Shown: piece after piece, positions 1 to 11,799 of the stretch
How positions within the stretch are numbered: position 1 is the stretch's first letter
Layout of the letters: each line of letters begins with the position of its first letter
DNA from: Sphyrna mokarran
Taxonomy: Eukaryota
NCBI GenBank assembly: GCA_024679065.1
Contig: JAGIQG010000005.1
Location: 85,498,001 to 85,562,000, forward strand
Length of the DNA: 64,000 nt
Direction: 5' to 3'
Notes under the pieces: model-generated
Databases searched by the model: none
What the model was told of the DNA's origin: nothing
The model's input: only the letters and a program-made list of their open reading frames with translations
Translations under genes and position numbers: made by a program

Positions 1-113
1 GCTAAATTCTCCCTCAGCGTACCCAAACAGGCACCAGAGTGTGGTGACTAAGGGATTTCACAATAACTTAATTGCAGTGTTAATATAATCCTACTTGTGA
101 CAATAATAAATAA
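1..113 (+). mobile_element. 3' part of a shark V-SINE/HE1-type SINE (truncated by window start)
   Basis: gctaaattctccctcagcgtaccc...cttgtgacaataataaa matches the reverse complement of 691-834 and the tail of the SINE at 33734-34100. Confidence 0.75.
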
Positions 114-329
114 GCTTAAATTTAAAAGTGATGAAAGATTTGAACATATTCCTTTTGCTTGAAGCAGACAAGTCCCTGTGTTTGAATGTTACTTCTAGCA
201 AACATAATTGAGTCACATTAGGAGACTGATAGATTATCTTAAATTACTTCTTAGTGTACTATTAACATACTCAGAATTGTTCATCAGGTGCTGCCCAATA
301 GTGGAATCACATCTAACAGTAGATGTTTT

Positions 330-455
330 GGGTGGAATTTTACAGCCTCTATTCTCCTGAAACCATAAAATCCTGCCTGAGGTCAACGGGCCTTTTCATT
401 GTATACCCCTTGCCTGTTCCAATTCTGTGGCAGGTGGGGCAGTAAAATTTCAGCC
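330..455. mobile_element. Short MITE with terminal inverted repeats (PIF/Harbinger-like)
   Basis: Left end gggtggaattttacagcc; right end ggcagtaaaatttcagcc (reverse complement ggctgaaattttactgcc); ttt on both flanks. Confidence 0.65.
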
Positions 456-690
456 TTTGTTTTGGATTTGCAAGACATAAGAGCCAAACTATGCACACAT
501 GTTTGCAAGTCTAATAAAAAGAACTAGAGTAGTTATTCTAAACAAGCGTAATTATGTTGACAAAATGCATTCCATTCTTAATGATGGCTTCAGGTTTGAA
601 TCTTTAGAATTGCCACCAATCCTTGCTCAAAGATGTGCTACAGAAATATTTTCTAGACTTGTAATTTAATTGCAAGAGTAATGTTTAAAG

Positions 691-834
691 TTTAATTATT
701 AGTGTCACAAGTAGGCTTTCGTTAATACTGCAATGAAGTCACTGTGAAAATCCCCTAGTTGCCACATTCCAGCTCCTGTTTGGGTACACTGAGGGAGAAT
801 TTAGCATGGCCAATGTACCTAACCAGCACATCTT
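691..834 (-). mobile_element. 3' part of V-SINE/HE1-type SINE
   Basis: Inverted copy of 1-113, extending into the V-domain motif agcatggccaatgtacctaaccagcac. Confidence 0.75.
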
Positions 835-1540
835 AGCTGCTTTGTGATGATATGATAGAACTCATTCTCTTGGCTCATTATGTTCTTGAATGGGCTACCA
901 AAGATACCAAAACCAATGACCCATTGTACCATATTTTATCAATGACCAATTCCATGCAGTATCGGCTTGCCAAATGAATTACAACAGCCAGTTCTTCATG
1001 AGTTTTCCACATACATGGACTTCACCTTCATAAAATGTGACTTGCATATTTAAGCCATTTACACTTGCGAAATGGTCCTCTATCATAGCAGAACAGAAGC
1101 ATCACTATTTTATGAATATGTATGCGCTGAACTTATAACTTAACAACTCAAGCAGTAAGGTTCAGTTTTAATGATATAATATATGGCCAATAACGACAGT
1201 GGCCTTGGGATCCTCTCTAGATCAGCATTCGCTAACAATTTTGTTGAAACATGTTTTTGATGGAATGAGCCCTGAACACTTGCCTATTTGCATATTTCTG
1301 ATATGTAGATGATACATTCATAACCTTTGAATCTACTGACACATGTAGGAATTTTCTTACTCATCTTAATACGCTCCATCCGATGCACTTGTGAAATGGA
1401 GCAGTCCAACACGCTTTTCTTCAAATTCCTAGTTCAGAATTTACGATTCTCCACCATTATGGACTAGAAATCTACCTTCAACAGTCATTATACATAGTGG
1501 GACTCCTGTACATCCAAACACTATAAAATTGACAGAGAAT

Positions 1541-2881
1541 AGGGCTAACATTTCAAGTTTGTCAAAGTTGAAGATAAGAGAAATGAGAATGATATTTATA
1601 CCGTTAGGGTGAGAAAAGAGAGGGAGTAATTGACAAAGATGTTAGGGACAATTCACCCAGCCTGCTGTGCTACATGAGCTGAAGACACAACAGGATTCAC
1701 GACTGACATCCAGTTCATGCGCCTCTCAGGCACTTTCGTTCAATGTAATCAGTCTTGTGCTGGAAATCAGCGCATGGCTGATTACAATACTGAAATCTCT
1801 ACTTCAATATCATTAGCAAGCCTAGGACGGTATTCTTCAAGCTCGTTAGTGTCTGCCCCTCTCCCCACACCCGTCCCTGCCAAGAAAGGTTTCCACTAGT
1901 GGGGATTAAAGCTGATCCCTATTACTGGTCAGGTGCAATCACCTCGATGGTGAGGTCAGAACCATTGAGGCCTGTTTCTGGAGATATGCCCTTTGGGTAC
2001 TGCCAGCCTGGCACCCTGATAGTATCCACTGGGCATCCTGGCCACCAGATACTGAGCTGTGCCAAGGCAGCAGAGATAGAGGGGGTGAGGCCAACTGCAG
2101 CGGTGGATGCTAATTGGTGGTGGAAAGGAGGACCTACTGTCCACTCTGCAATGGAATTGATGGAAAAAGGGAAGAGATGAATGGGGCTACATGTGGGAGG
2201 AGGAATGGGGCTGCACATGGGGGAGAACAGGACTACACATGGTGGAGAGAACGGGTCTGCACATGGGGCAGTTTGGTGCTGCATATTGGGGGATAGAGAT
2301 TGGGGTGGCATATGGGGGAAGGTTAGGGCTGGCTATAGGTGGCCGGATCAGGGAGACTTGTGATCATGGAGAGAGATTGGAAAGCTGATGATCGTAGGCT
2401 GGAAGAGGTGGTTTGGAAGAAATTGGAAGGCCAGAGATCTGAAGGCTGGCAATTTTCCATTTTTTCATCCATTGAGCACTTAGATTTTTTTGGGAGAATC
2501 ACCCCCTTCAAGACAAAGGGAATGTAAATTGTGGTGATTATGACTAAGAAGGGTGCTGATCACGGCCATTAAGAGATTGGAATGTGTAAGTGGCAGAACA
2601 AATGTTAACAGACACGAAGGACAACCTGAGACATGTAACAGAATAAGGGGAGGGGAAACAATGGTAGGGGGAAAAAGATGGAAAATGAGATTTAGGTGAA
2701 GGTGGAAGAATGAACCATGGAAGAAATGAAAACTTAAAAAAATATAAAATAAGATAAAGTAAATGGAAATGGGGTGAAGTTGGAGGAGAGAGTTCAGGCT
2801 CTGGGATTTTTGAACTTAATGTTTAATCTGGAAGATTGTAAAGTGCCTAATCAGAAGATGAAGATCTGTTCCTCCAGTTTG
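1541..2881 (-). mobile_element. Penelope-like retroelement 3' remnant (GIY-YIG end plus UTR), split by the MITE at 1645-2505
   Basis: Reverse strand of about 2810-2881 reads KLEEQIFIF*LGTLQSSRLNIKF, matching the fish/shark Penelope C-terminal motif KLEEQHLIFRLGTLQPxGLNIEF. Confidence 0.65.
1645..2505. mobile_element. Non-autonomous Harbinger-like MITE with an internal G-rich minisatellite
   Basis: Imperfect TIRs gggacaattcaccc ... gggagaatcacccc; internal repeats of about 22 bp (gggctgcacatgggggagaa-like) at about 2180-2300. Confidence 0.55.
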
Positions 2882-3475
2882 TATTTAAATATCACTTTCC
2901 ATCTTTTTCACCCGACCATTGTTTCCCATCATCACTCCATTAGAAATGTTACACCTGTTATGTGTCTCAGGTTGAGAAATACATTACCCAATGTTGTGGT
3001 GGTATTGGTGTTGGGCATTAGAATAGTTGTGGAAGGTGTGGAGGAGAGAGGGGGACAAGGAATTTGGGGCATAAAGATTAAATGGATCTATCCACCTAAA
3101 GATGTCTATGTTGGGATAGGAATGAATTTCTCGAGTGTTTGAAAATGATGAAAATTGTTCTAAATATTCCTTTCTAAACATTGTATTGCTAGCATTTCAG
3201 GAAGGTACTATAGAATAGGTTTAAAGGTACAAGACAAGTTGATGCACAAATTGCAAAATAAAATAGTCCCTAAACCTCTATTGTTCGTAATGAAGTGACT
3301 TTCTGGTACATTCGGTGAGTGATTCACCTGACTGGCATCCCAAGGCAACCTGCCTGGAGAATGACAATGTATCACTACTGACTTGAATTGACAACTGTAC
3401 CAAGTATTGGAAACAGTGTGTACACATCTGAAAACATATTGAGAATACTGAATTATAAAGATTCTGGTCAGCAAT

Positions 3476-3749
3476 ATAGAATTCCTACAGTACAGAAGGA
3501 GGCCATTCAGGCCATCGAGTCTGCACTGACAACAATCCCACCTTGGTTCTATCCTTGTTATCCCACATACCTACACTGCTAATCCCTCTAACCTATGCAT
3601 CCTGAGACATTAAGGGGCAATTTAGCATGGCCAATGACCTAACCCGCACATCATTGGACTGTGGGAGGAAACTGGAGCACCCAGAGGAAACCCACTGGGA
3701 GGTCCCTGGAGCTGACAGGCAGCAGTAGTAACCACTTTGCCACTGTGCT
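3476..3749 (-). mobile_element. HE1/V-SINE-type tRNA-derived SINE
   Basis: V-domain gactgtgggaggaaactggagcacccagaggaaacccac; tRNA-like head accactttgccactgtgc; CR1-like tail tacagtacagaaggaggccattc. Confidence 0.8.
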
Positions 3750-6016
3750 ACTCTATACACCACATGGACGGGATCTGCCTAATAATTGCCAGAATTATAT
3801 GCTCCCCACTGTCCCCAGCACCCCAGCAGGATTCGCTCCTGGATCCCATCTGCCCCAACTAGTAATGATTTTACTCTGAGGCAGGCAGGACCTCGAACAC
3901 AAAATCTGCCCTTCCCCATTTAATGTCCTTAAGTGGCCACTTCATAGACTTTTTCTGCCCAGTCTCAATTTTTAGGCTGATGAGTGGATGATAGATTAGA
4001 GAAGGAAATCTGAAACTGAACGAAGTTTTATCTTTGGTGGAAAGAAGTAGGCAGGGCATCTTCGTAAGACTCAGGGCACCCTCCCTTTAGGGCCCAATAA
4101 TTTCCGGTCATCTTTCACTCTCCTCAACTGAGACCCCAATCTCCCCCTGACAACTCTCAGGCCTTTCCTGTCTTCTCCCCCACTTGACCCCTGCCATTTG
4201 CCTTTCCTCCAGTTCATACTACTTAGTTCCACTCAGCTAGTTGCAGTGCCTCTTCTGGCCACTGTAGTGCTGTTCCTGAAATGACTGGACTACTGCTGGC
4301 CAATCTGGTCTTCAAAATAGACCTCCTCTCAGTGACAGACAGAAGTTACACCTTCTGCCAATCAACACATGAAGGAGTGCAAAATGGCATTGAGCTTGCT
4401 AGTGTCAATGAGAATATGTTCCCTGATATCCCTCCGGATATCTGGAAATTCTGTTTCTTGTTTACTGCTTGACCACCATAAATAAGGCTTAATATGAATT
4501 TAAACTCCTTTATTGCATCTCATACTTCAACACAGCACACAGTCAAGATGCAACTTATAATAAAAACATTTATTTTTGTAGGTTCAACATGTTGCATATG
4601 CAGGAGCGGTCACTGACACTTCTACTTTTGGAAATGAACCAACATACTGCCATTGAATAAGAATGGCATATTGTTCAGTGAGAAATTATGTAAAAGTACT
4701 GGCATTGCTGACCAGCAGATATTTCATGGTTTAATGCATATGTAGGCATTACGTTGTGTGATAGATATTACATTGCCATTAGAAACAAACAATAAGCGTA
4801 ACAGTTAAGGATGGTATCTCATCACTGTGGTAATTTTGCTGTCAGTTTCCTTGTTACAGACATTTTGAGTTGTAATTCGAACGCAAACTGAGAAGTTACC
4901 TAGGAGTTAATGTCAAGTCATTGTGCGAAGGATGTAAAGTATTCTGGGATTTTCTTACCTTGAAAAATGAAAACACCCTATCAGAAATGAATTTGGAGCA
5001 AATTTGGAGAAGCTTTTAAAAATTTTTAAATATATATAAAAAGTGTTAAAAGGATGAGGGCATGGAAATGTGACTAAAATAAAAGCTCTTAAAGAGAACC
5101 AACTCAGGCATGATTAAATAGCCTTTTGTACTACAAACATCTATTGTAAGAGAGTCAATTATATCATTAGTTAAAAACTTCATCTTCAGAAGCAATCTGA
5201 ACTCTTCAGCTCCACTCTTGAGGGGATGAATGCATCAAATCTCACTAGATAAACTGCTCACCAATATTATGCTGGGTGCTTTTGAAGCTAAATAAATTGA
5301 AACTCCCAACACAGGCAGTCACTATCCTTAGCTCCACCTCCTCAATGTCAATGGTCTGCTATGGTAGGATGAAGGCACCATCTCAAAACAATGTTGCTGG
5401 AGCCTTTCACATTAACCTAGGACTTGGTATAATCAAAATCAGAATTATGGTAAGAGTCTGCTTAAATAGCTAGAGAAATATCTCAGTATCTAAATCACTG
5501 ACTTACTAAAGTAACTTGAGCTTGGGGTACATTATTGAAAGCACTGAAATTATTTGGAAAACATTAGTTTTATAGATAGTTGTTAATAAGAAAGATATGA
5601 CTAAATTGGAATCATAGCACCTGTTCAGAAATTTTTATAGCTCTTATCTAACTCACTATAAAATTAATCTTAATTCGAGTACATTGGTTTGAACAATCAG
5701 ACAGTGCTATGTATGTGTAACACACAGGTCACAAACTGTAGGACTTTGTACATGAATGATCCAGGTTGGCTTAAACTTTGAACAAGACAATAAAACTCAT
5801 ATGCGTGGCAAGAATGTCACCTGGAGATAGATACAGCTACAAATAAAAGATTTGTAACCTTTATTTAAATGTGATTTCTTCTTTCACTTAACAGCTATCT
5901 GTACATATTTTCTGTTGGTTGGATCTGGTGGACGTCATTCTACAAAACTGTGTTTACTTCCTCCTCTCTCAATGAAATGCTACAGAACCCAGAGTTTGGA
6001 ATAATGCAAATATAAT

Positions 6017-6295
6017 GGCAGCACAGTGGCAAAATGGTTAACGCCAGGGTCCTGGATTCAATTCTGGCCTCAGGTCACTATATGTGTGGAGTTTGTACAT
6101 TCTCCCAATGTGGGTTTTCTCCAGACACTCTGGATTCCTCCCACAGTTCAAAGATGTGTGGGTGAGGTTGATTGGCCAAAATTGCCCCTTAGTGTCAGGG
6201 GATTAGCAGAGTATATATGTTGGGTTACTAGGAATGTGGTTAGTGCAGACTTGATGGGCTGAATGGCCTCCTTCTGCAGTGCAGGGATTCTATGA
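6017..6295 (+). mobile_element. HE1/V-SINE-type SINE
   Basis: ggcagcacagtggc head, gtgtggagtttgtacattctcc V-domain, tail gatgggctgaatggcctccttctgcagtgcagggattctatga. Confidence 0.8.
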
Positions 6296-6529
6296 AAAAT
6301 TATACAATACTCTTTTTAGTGGTCCTTTAAAACAACTATTTTGATTGTTAAGACATCACAAGCAAAATCCAATTCTATTCAAAATCTAAAATACAATAAG
6401 ATTAGACAACTGGTTTGAATTACAACCTTTTCAAGTTACATCCATTGCTTGTAATAATGCTTCCGTAAGTTTGTCATGACGCTGATTCACAGACCATGGA
6501 GCTTTTTCAAATTAATTATGTAATAGGGT

Positions 6530-8728
6530 TTGGCAAGTCCAGCAATTGTTGTCCATCCCAAATTGCTTTTGAACTGAGTGGCTTGTGAAGTGATTTCACA
6601 GGGCATTTAAGAGTCAACCACTTTGCCATGGGTCTGGAGACACACGGAGGTTAGACCAGTTAAGGACAGCAGATGGCTTCTTACAACAACTGACAATGGT
6701 CATTACAACTGTGGCTAACTTTTAAGAGTCATGGACTCATAGAGGTTTACAGCATGGAAACAGGCCCTTCGGCTCAACTTGCTGCATTTTTTAAAGCCCC
6801 AAAGCTAACCCCAATTGCCCACATTTGGCCCATATCCTACTATACACATCTTACGCATGTAACTATCTAAATGCTTTTTAAAAGACAAAATTGTATTATT
6901 ACCTCTGGCAGCTTGTTCCAGACACTCACCACCCACTGTGTGAAAAAAATTGCCCCTGTGACAATACTTTTGTATCTCTCCCCTCTCACCTTAAACTTAT
7001 GCCCTCTTTTGGGAAAAGGCATTGACTATCTACCGTATCTATGCTCTTCATTATTTTATATGCCTCCAAAAGATCACCCCTCAATCTCCTTTTCTCCAGA
7101 GAAAAAAGTCCCAATCTATCCAGCCTCTCCTTATAACTCATATCATCAAGTCCTGGTAGCATCCTAGTAAATCTTTTCTGCACTCTTTCTAGTTTGATAA
7201 TGTCCTTTCTATAATAGGGTGATCAGAACTGCACACAGTATTCCAAGTATGGCCTTACCAATGTCTAGTTCAATGTCAACAAGATGTCCCAACTCCTGTA
7301 CGCAATGTTCTGACCAAAGAAACCAAGCATGCCAAATACAATCTTCACCACTCTGTCCACCTGTGACTCCACTTTCAAGGAGCTAAGAACATGTAGCCCT
7401 AGATCTCTTTGTTCAGTAACTCTCCCCAACACCCTACCATTAACTGAGTAAGTCCTGCCCTGGTTCCATCTACCAAAATGCATCACCTTGCATTTGTTTA
7501 AATTAAACTCCATCTGCCATTTGTCAGCCCAATTGATCAAAATCCCTTTGCAATTGGAGATGACTTTCTTCACTGTCCACTATGCCACCAATCTTGGTGT
7601 CATCTGCAAACTTACTAACCATATTGCCTATATTCTCATCCAAGTCATTAACATAAATGACAAGTAACAGTGGACTCAGCACTGATCCCTGAGGCAAACT
7701 ACTGGTCACAGGCTTCTAGCTAGGAAAACAACCTTCTAGAACCACTTTCTGCCTTCTGTCAAGAAACCAATTTTGTATCCATTTAGATACCTCACCTTGG
7801 TTTCTGAGCAATTTAACCTTATGCAATAATCTACCATGCATACCTTGTCAAAAGGCCTTGAACAACATCAAATGTACCGTCCTCATCTATCTTCTTGGTT
7901 ACCCCTTCAAAAAATTCAATCAAATTTGTGAGACACGATTTTCCACTCACAAAGCCATGCTGACTGTCCCTAATCAGCCCTTGCATCTCTAAATGTCTGT
8001 AGGTCCTGTCTCTCAGAATACCTTCCAATAACTTACCCATTACAGATGTGAGGTTCACGAGCCTGTAGTTCCCAGGCTTTTCTCTGCAGCCCTTTTTAAA
8101 CAAGGGCAGAACATATGCCACTCTCCAATCTTCAGGCATCTTACCTGTGACCATCGATGATTCAAATATCTCGGATAGGGGACCCACAATTCCCTTCCTA
8201 GCTTCCCAAAATGTCCAGGGATATATTTCATCAGATCCTGGGGATTTATTGACTTTGATGTGTTTTAAGACTTACAGTAACCTCCTCCTCTATAATATGG
8301 ACATTCCTCAAGGCATCGCTATTTATTTTCCAAAGTTCTGTAACATCCATGTTTTTCTTAATGATAAATACTAATGAAAAATATTCATTTTGGATCTCAC
8401 CCATCTCTTGTGGATCTGCACATAGATGACCTTGTTGATTCTTAAGAGGCCCTACTCTCTCTCTTGTTAGTCTTTTGCCCTTTATGTATTTGTAGAAGCT
8501 CTTTGGATTCTCCTTTGCCTTATCTGCCAGAAAAATCTCATGTCCCCTTTTTGCCTCCTGATTTCTCTCTTAACTCTACTCTTACACCACCTATACTCTT
8601 TAAGGGTAATTTTAATTCCTGATTCAAATTTTACTAGTTGCTATGGTGGGCTATGAATCCATGTCCCCAGAGTATCAATCCAGGCCTTTGCTTTGTTATA
8701 GTCCTGTTCATTATCACTATGCTATCAT
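6530..8728 (-). mobile_element. Older SINE (DeuSINE/SacSINE-like), split into 6530-6725 and 8610-8728 by a CR1
   Basis: gagtcaaccac...gggtctggag core on the left; tRNA-like head ggtgggctatgaatccatgtcccc...atcactatgc on the right; halves join across the ttttaa duplication. Confidence 0.55.
6726..8609 (-). mobile_element. 5'-truncated decayed CR1 LINE (ORF2 RT remnant)
   Basis: ORFs with [53 protein letters not shown]; target-site duplication ttttaa at 6720-6725 and 8610-8615. Confidence 0.95.
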
Positions 8729-9539
8729 CGAGCTTGGGTGGGCCACTGGGATGTCTTCTTAATGTCTCATTTGTTTGCACTATATAAATGATGGCACACT
8801 ATATAAGACTTCTTGTATCCCTTTAAATGTAGTCACGATAGGAAAAGTTGCATGAAAGGATGAATGGGATCCTCCATGATGAAGACAAAGCTTCTGGGCA
8901 GATGAGCTTCGGTAAGAAGTGATTAAATGTTTTAGGCTGTCTTTTCCATCATATATTAATGCAGATATCTCAGACTCACTTCCATGTCATGCTCCTCAAC
9001 CTAAGTTGGTGAAACCTGCTGAATCAGGAAATTCCAAACAATCATGGTATCCTCAGGAATCCTTCATGTGCCAGTCTATGTCTGACCACCTTGTAGCATG
9101 GGCATCTCTCTGCCACGTGTCATCTTCCCCCTGCCTCCAATTTCCTCTCCTCTATTACCTCCTACTCTACTCTAGGGGTACATTCCCACTCTAGGGCTCC
9201 TACTCCCACTCTAGGGCTACATTCACTAGATCCTCACCTTTCTAAAGGGCCATGTTATGGAAACCAAGGCAGCCAACCATTATGGAGGAAAACCTTGCAG
9301 GAGAGTTTTGAAAGTGAACAGCTCTCGAGAGTCAGGACGTGAGTTAAGTTGCTGCAGAATTCTGAATTTCTGACCTGCTCTTCTAGCCACAGTTTCTTTA
9401 TGATTGATTTGATTAAATTTCTGGTCAATGGTCTGGCTTCACCTTCCTCATCCTTCAGTTCATTTTGAGAACTTGGTGGCAAGAGTTGCACCCTGATGTG
9501 AGTAGGTTGAAGAGGATGTGATAAACCATGGAAAACTTG

Positions 9540-10150
9540 AACATACTCTTTGATGAATAATAGCAGGCAGCTGAACAGTTTCATCATGACACAAATGGCT
9601 TGCTCGTTAGTGCTCCTGGTTGCTCTTATCATAAATCAGTTGTCCTATGTAGTCAGGTACCAGAGGTCATTAGCCAAATATATAATAGGTATTCCTTGGC
9701 ACCAGGCAGCCAGACTCTGCATCTTCATAGTTGCATAAAGATAATATCAAAGCTGATTGTCACAGTATGAAGGATCATAGTTGGTGCTAGCATTGCAGAC
9801 ATTCACCAAGAAGATCTAGTCATAATAGGACACCAACTCTATAATATATTTAGAGGCCTTGTTATTAAGCAATATCTCTCATTACCAGTGCCAGATGCGT
9901 GTAATGAATCGCAACCTCTGTCATTGTGAATTCTTTCTGCAGGAAATCCACCTGCTGTCTCCCCCTACCTCTCCAGACAGGGAGAATTTGATCAAATCCA
10001 CTCTCCTGCTATATGTCACTTGTCTTTGTCACTTTCATAATACAGTCCTACACAGAAGACAGTGAGATGTTGCTCATGTCATGTCTCTGAAGGACTGATC
10101 ACATAGAATTTGAGAACGACAGTGACCTTGACAGCCACCAACATTGTCCT
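9540..10150 (-). pseudogene. Decayed Harbinger (HARBI1-like) DDE transposase
   Basis: Reverse-strand pieces VAVKVTVVLKFY, DMSNISLSSV*DCIMKVT, WLPGAKEYLLYIWLMT (cf. WLLGDKGYPLxxWLMTP) and ATRSTNEQAICVMMKLFSCL occur in the correct order. Confidence 0.8.
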
Positions 10151-11799
10151 TATCCTGCTGTGAGGCTGCAGGCTGGGTCATAGTTTGGTGGCCACCACCT
10201 TGTTGAAAAGCAAGCACTGCTCTTGGTAGGGTTTGAATAAGGAGAATTGCTCACAAAAAACCCAAAATGGATAGTGGCTTCTACTGAGAATTCTGCTTTC
10301 CATCCCTTTGAGTACTGCTTCCTGTCTTTAAGTAATGTTGCAGCAGGCATTCTGTTAACACAACAAATGCTCTGAACAAATACCCTGACCTCCTTGTCAG
10401 GATTCCACATTCATTTTGCTGAAAGTCCAAGAAGTTAGCAAAATCTCTCCAGTTGCAACAATATTTCCACTAACTCTGCAGTAACAACAGTCAAAAATAC
10501 TTCACCTGCAAGTGGGATAGTTAGTCCTTTAAATAATGCTCATGGGGGAGAGTTGATGTGTGTTGCAGCTGCTGGACGCATGATCAGCTAGGACAGGAAG
10601 ATGGTATCAACTGAAACTTCTCTGTCCCAATTGGCATGATTGTGCATCAAATCAGTTTTAGAGGCTGTCTGACATTACATTCTACCAATACTTCTTGCAG
10701 GACACATGCACACTAGTGCTCTGTCAGTCAAAGCTGTGTGCACTGCATCAGAAGTGGCTGGATACATCCCAGCTGTTTTTTTCTTAGTTTGGGGCTTCCA
10801 TAACATTGGCAACAGCAATGCTAAAGATTTCAATTCCACAGCCAATAACTTGTATGTATATAACTTGCATTTTCAGTCACAAATCTTTTTTTATCCTCAA
10901 AGCAAAACTTTAACATGTATAAGCTAGTTTAGATTCTTCATTAACAGGTTGACTAAGTCAACAGACATGGAACAAAACAATACTGATTTAGAACTAATCC
11001 AGCAAACATGCAGGGTCTATTTGATTGCAGTATTTGCTTTAGATAAAACAGTAATGTTCTCAGCCATGACAGTTATTTAGCAGTAAAAACATTGGGAAAA
11101 TGTCAGATCAGCAGCTCTGTAAAGATACAAAAGTGAGATTACATGGCTTTTACTACATGATGGAAACTGCTTCTAAAACCAAATGAACAGAAAATTGTGC
11201 AGAATTCTAGAGAAGGGCAGAACAAGATTAAATAGCTCAAAATTGGAATTAAGCACTGAAGCATTGGAAATTAATGAATATTAAAAACCTTTACATAACA
11301 GAGAGTTCAACAATTGTACCAAGGTGAGATTGGCCTTGGCGGTGTCACAGCACACAGAAAAGTTTTACTTTGATATCAATGAGCAGGTTATTGATTTCCC
11401 ATAACCTAATACAAACCGGCTCCTATTTCTCAATTTTGCTTTTAAACCTCTACGTACCAGGGTCAGATTCCCAAGTACAAATATTGTCAGGGAGAGAGAA
11501 CAGAAAAGCTTAATACTGAGTAACCCGTGCAGATTCTTATCCATTGTTGAGTTAGATATTGTAATGGTGTAACAAGTACCTAGTTTGGCAGATTATTATC
11601 CAGTCTTAACTATAGCTATGTGGATTGGAATGGTTACTGTGGTGTTTCAAATGGTGATCATCACCAGGCAATGGTGTTATTATCAAGGGGAATTAATTAA
11701 ATTACACATTATTTGTAAGTGTCCAAACAACACTTCTCTGAGGAATATACATCACAAATTTATGTATCACAAAGTTTTAAATATAACAAAGAGTATTTC

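Noticed and set aside
1717-2527. Cluster of overlapping 60-129 aa ORFs
   Set aside because: They lie within a GC-rich MITE and its minisatellite; low stop density explains them and no motif is recognisable.
6017-6080. tRNA gene
   Set aside because: The tRNA-like sequence is a degenerate SINE head that continues into a V-domain; no complete cloverleaf.
9170-9230. Short cccactctaggg repeats; also small tandem duplications at about 40470-40520, 50483-50501 and 57474-57520
   Set aside because: Ordinary local slippage duplications with no further structure.
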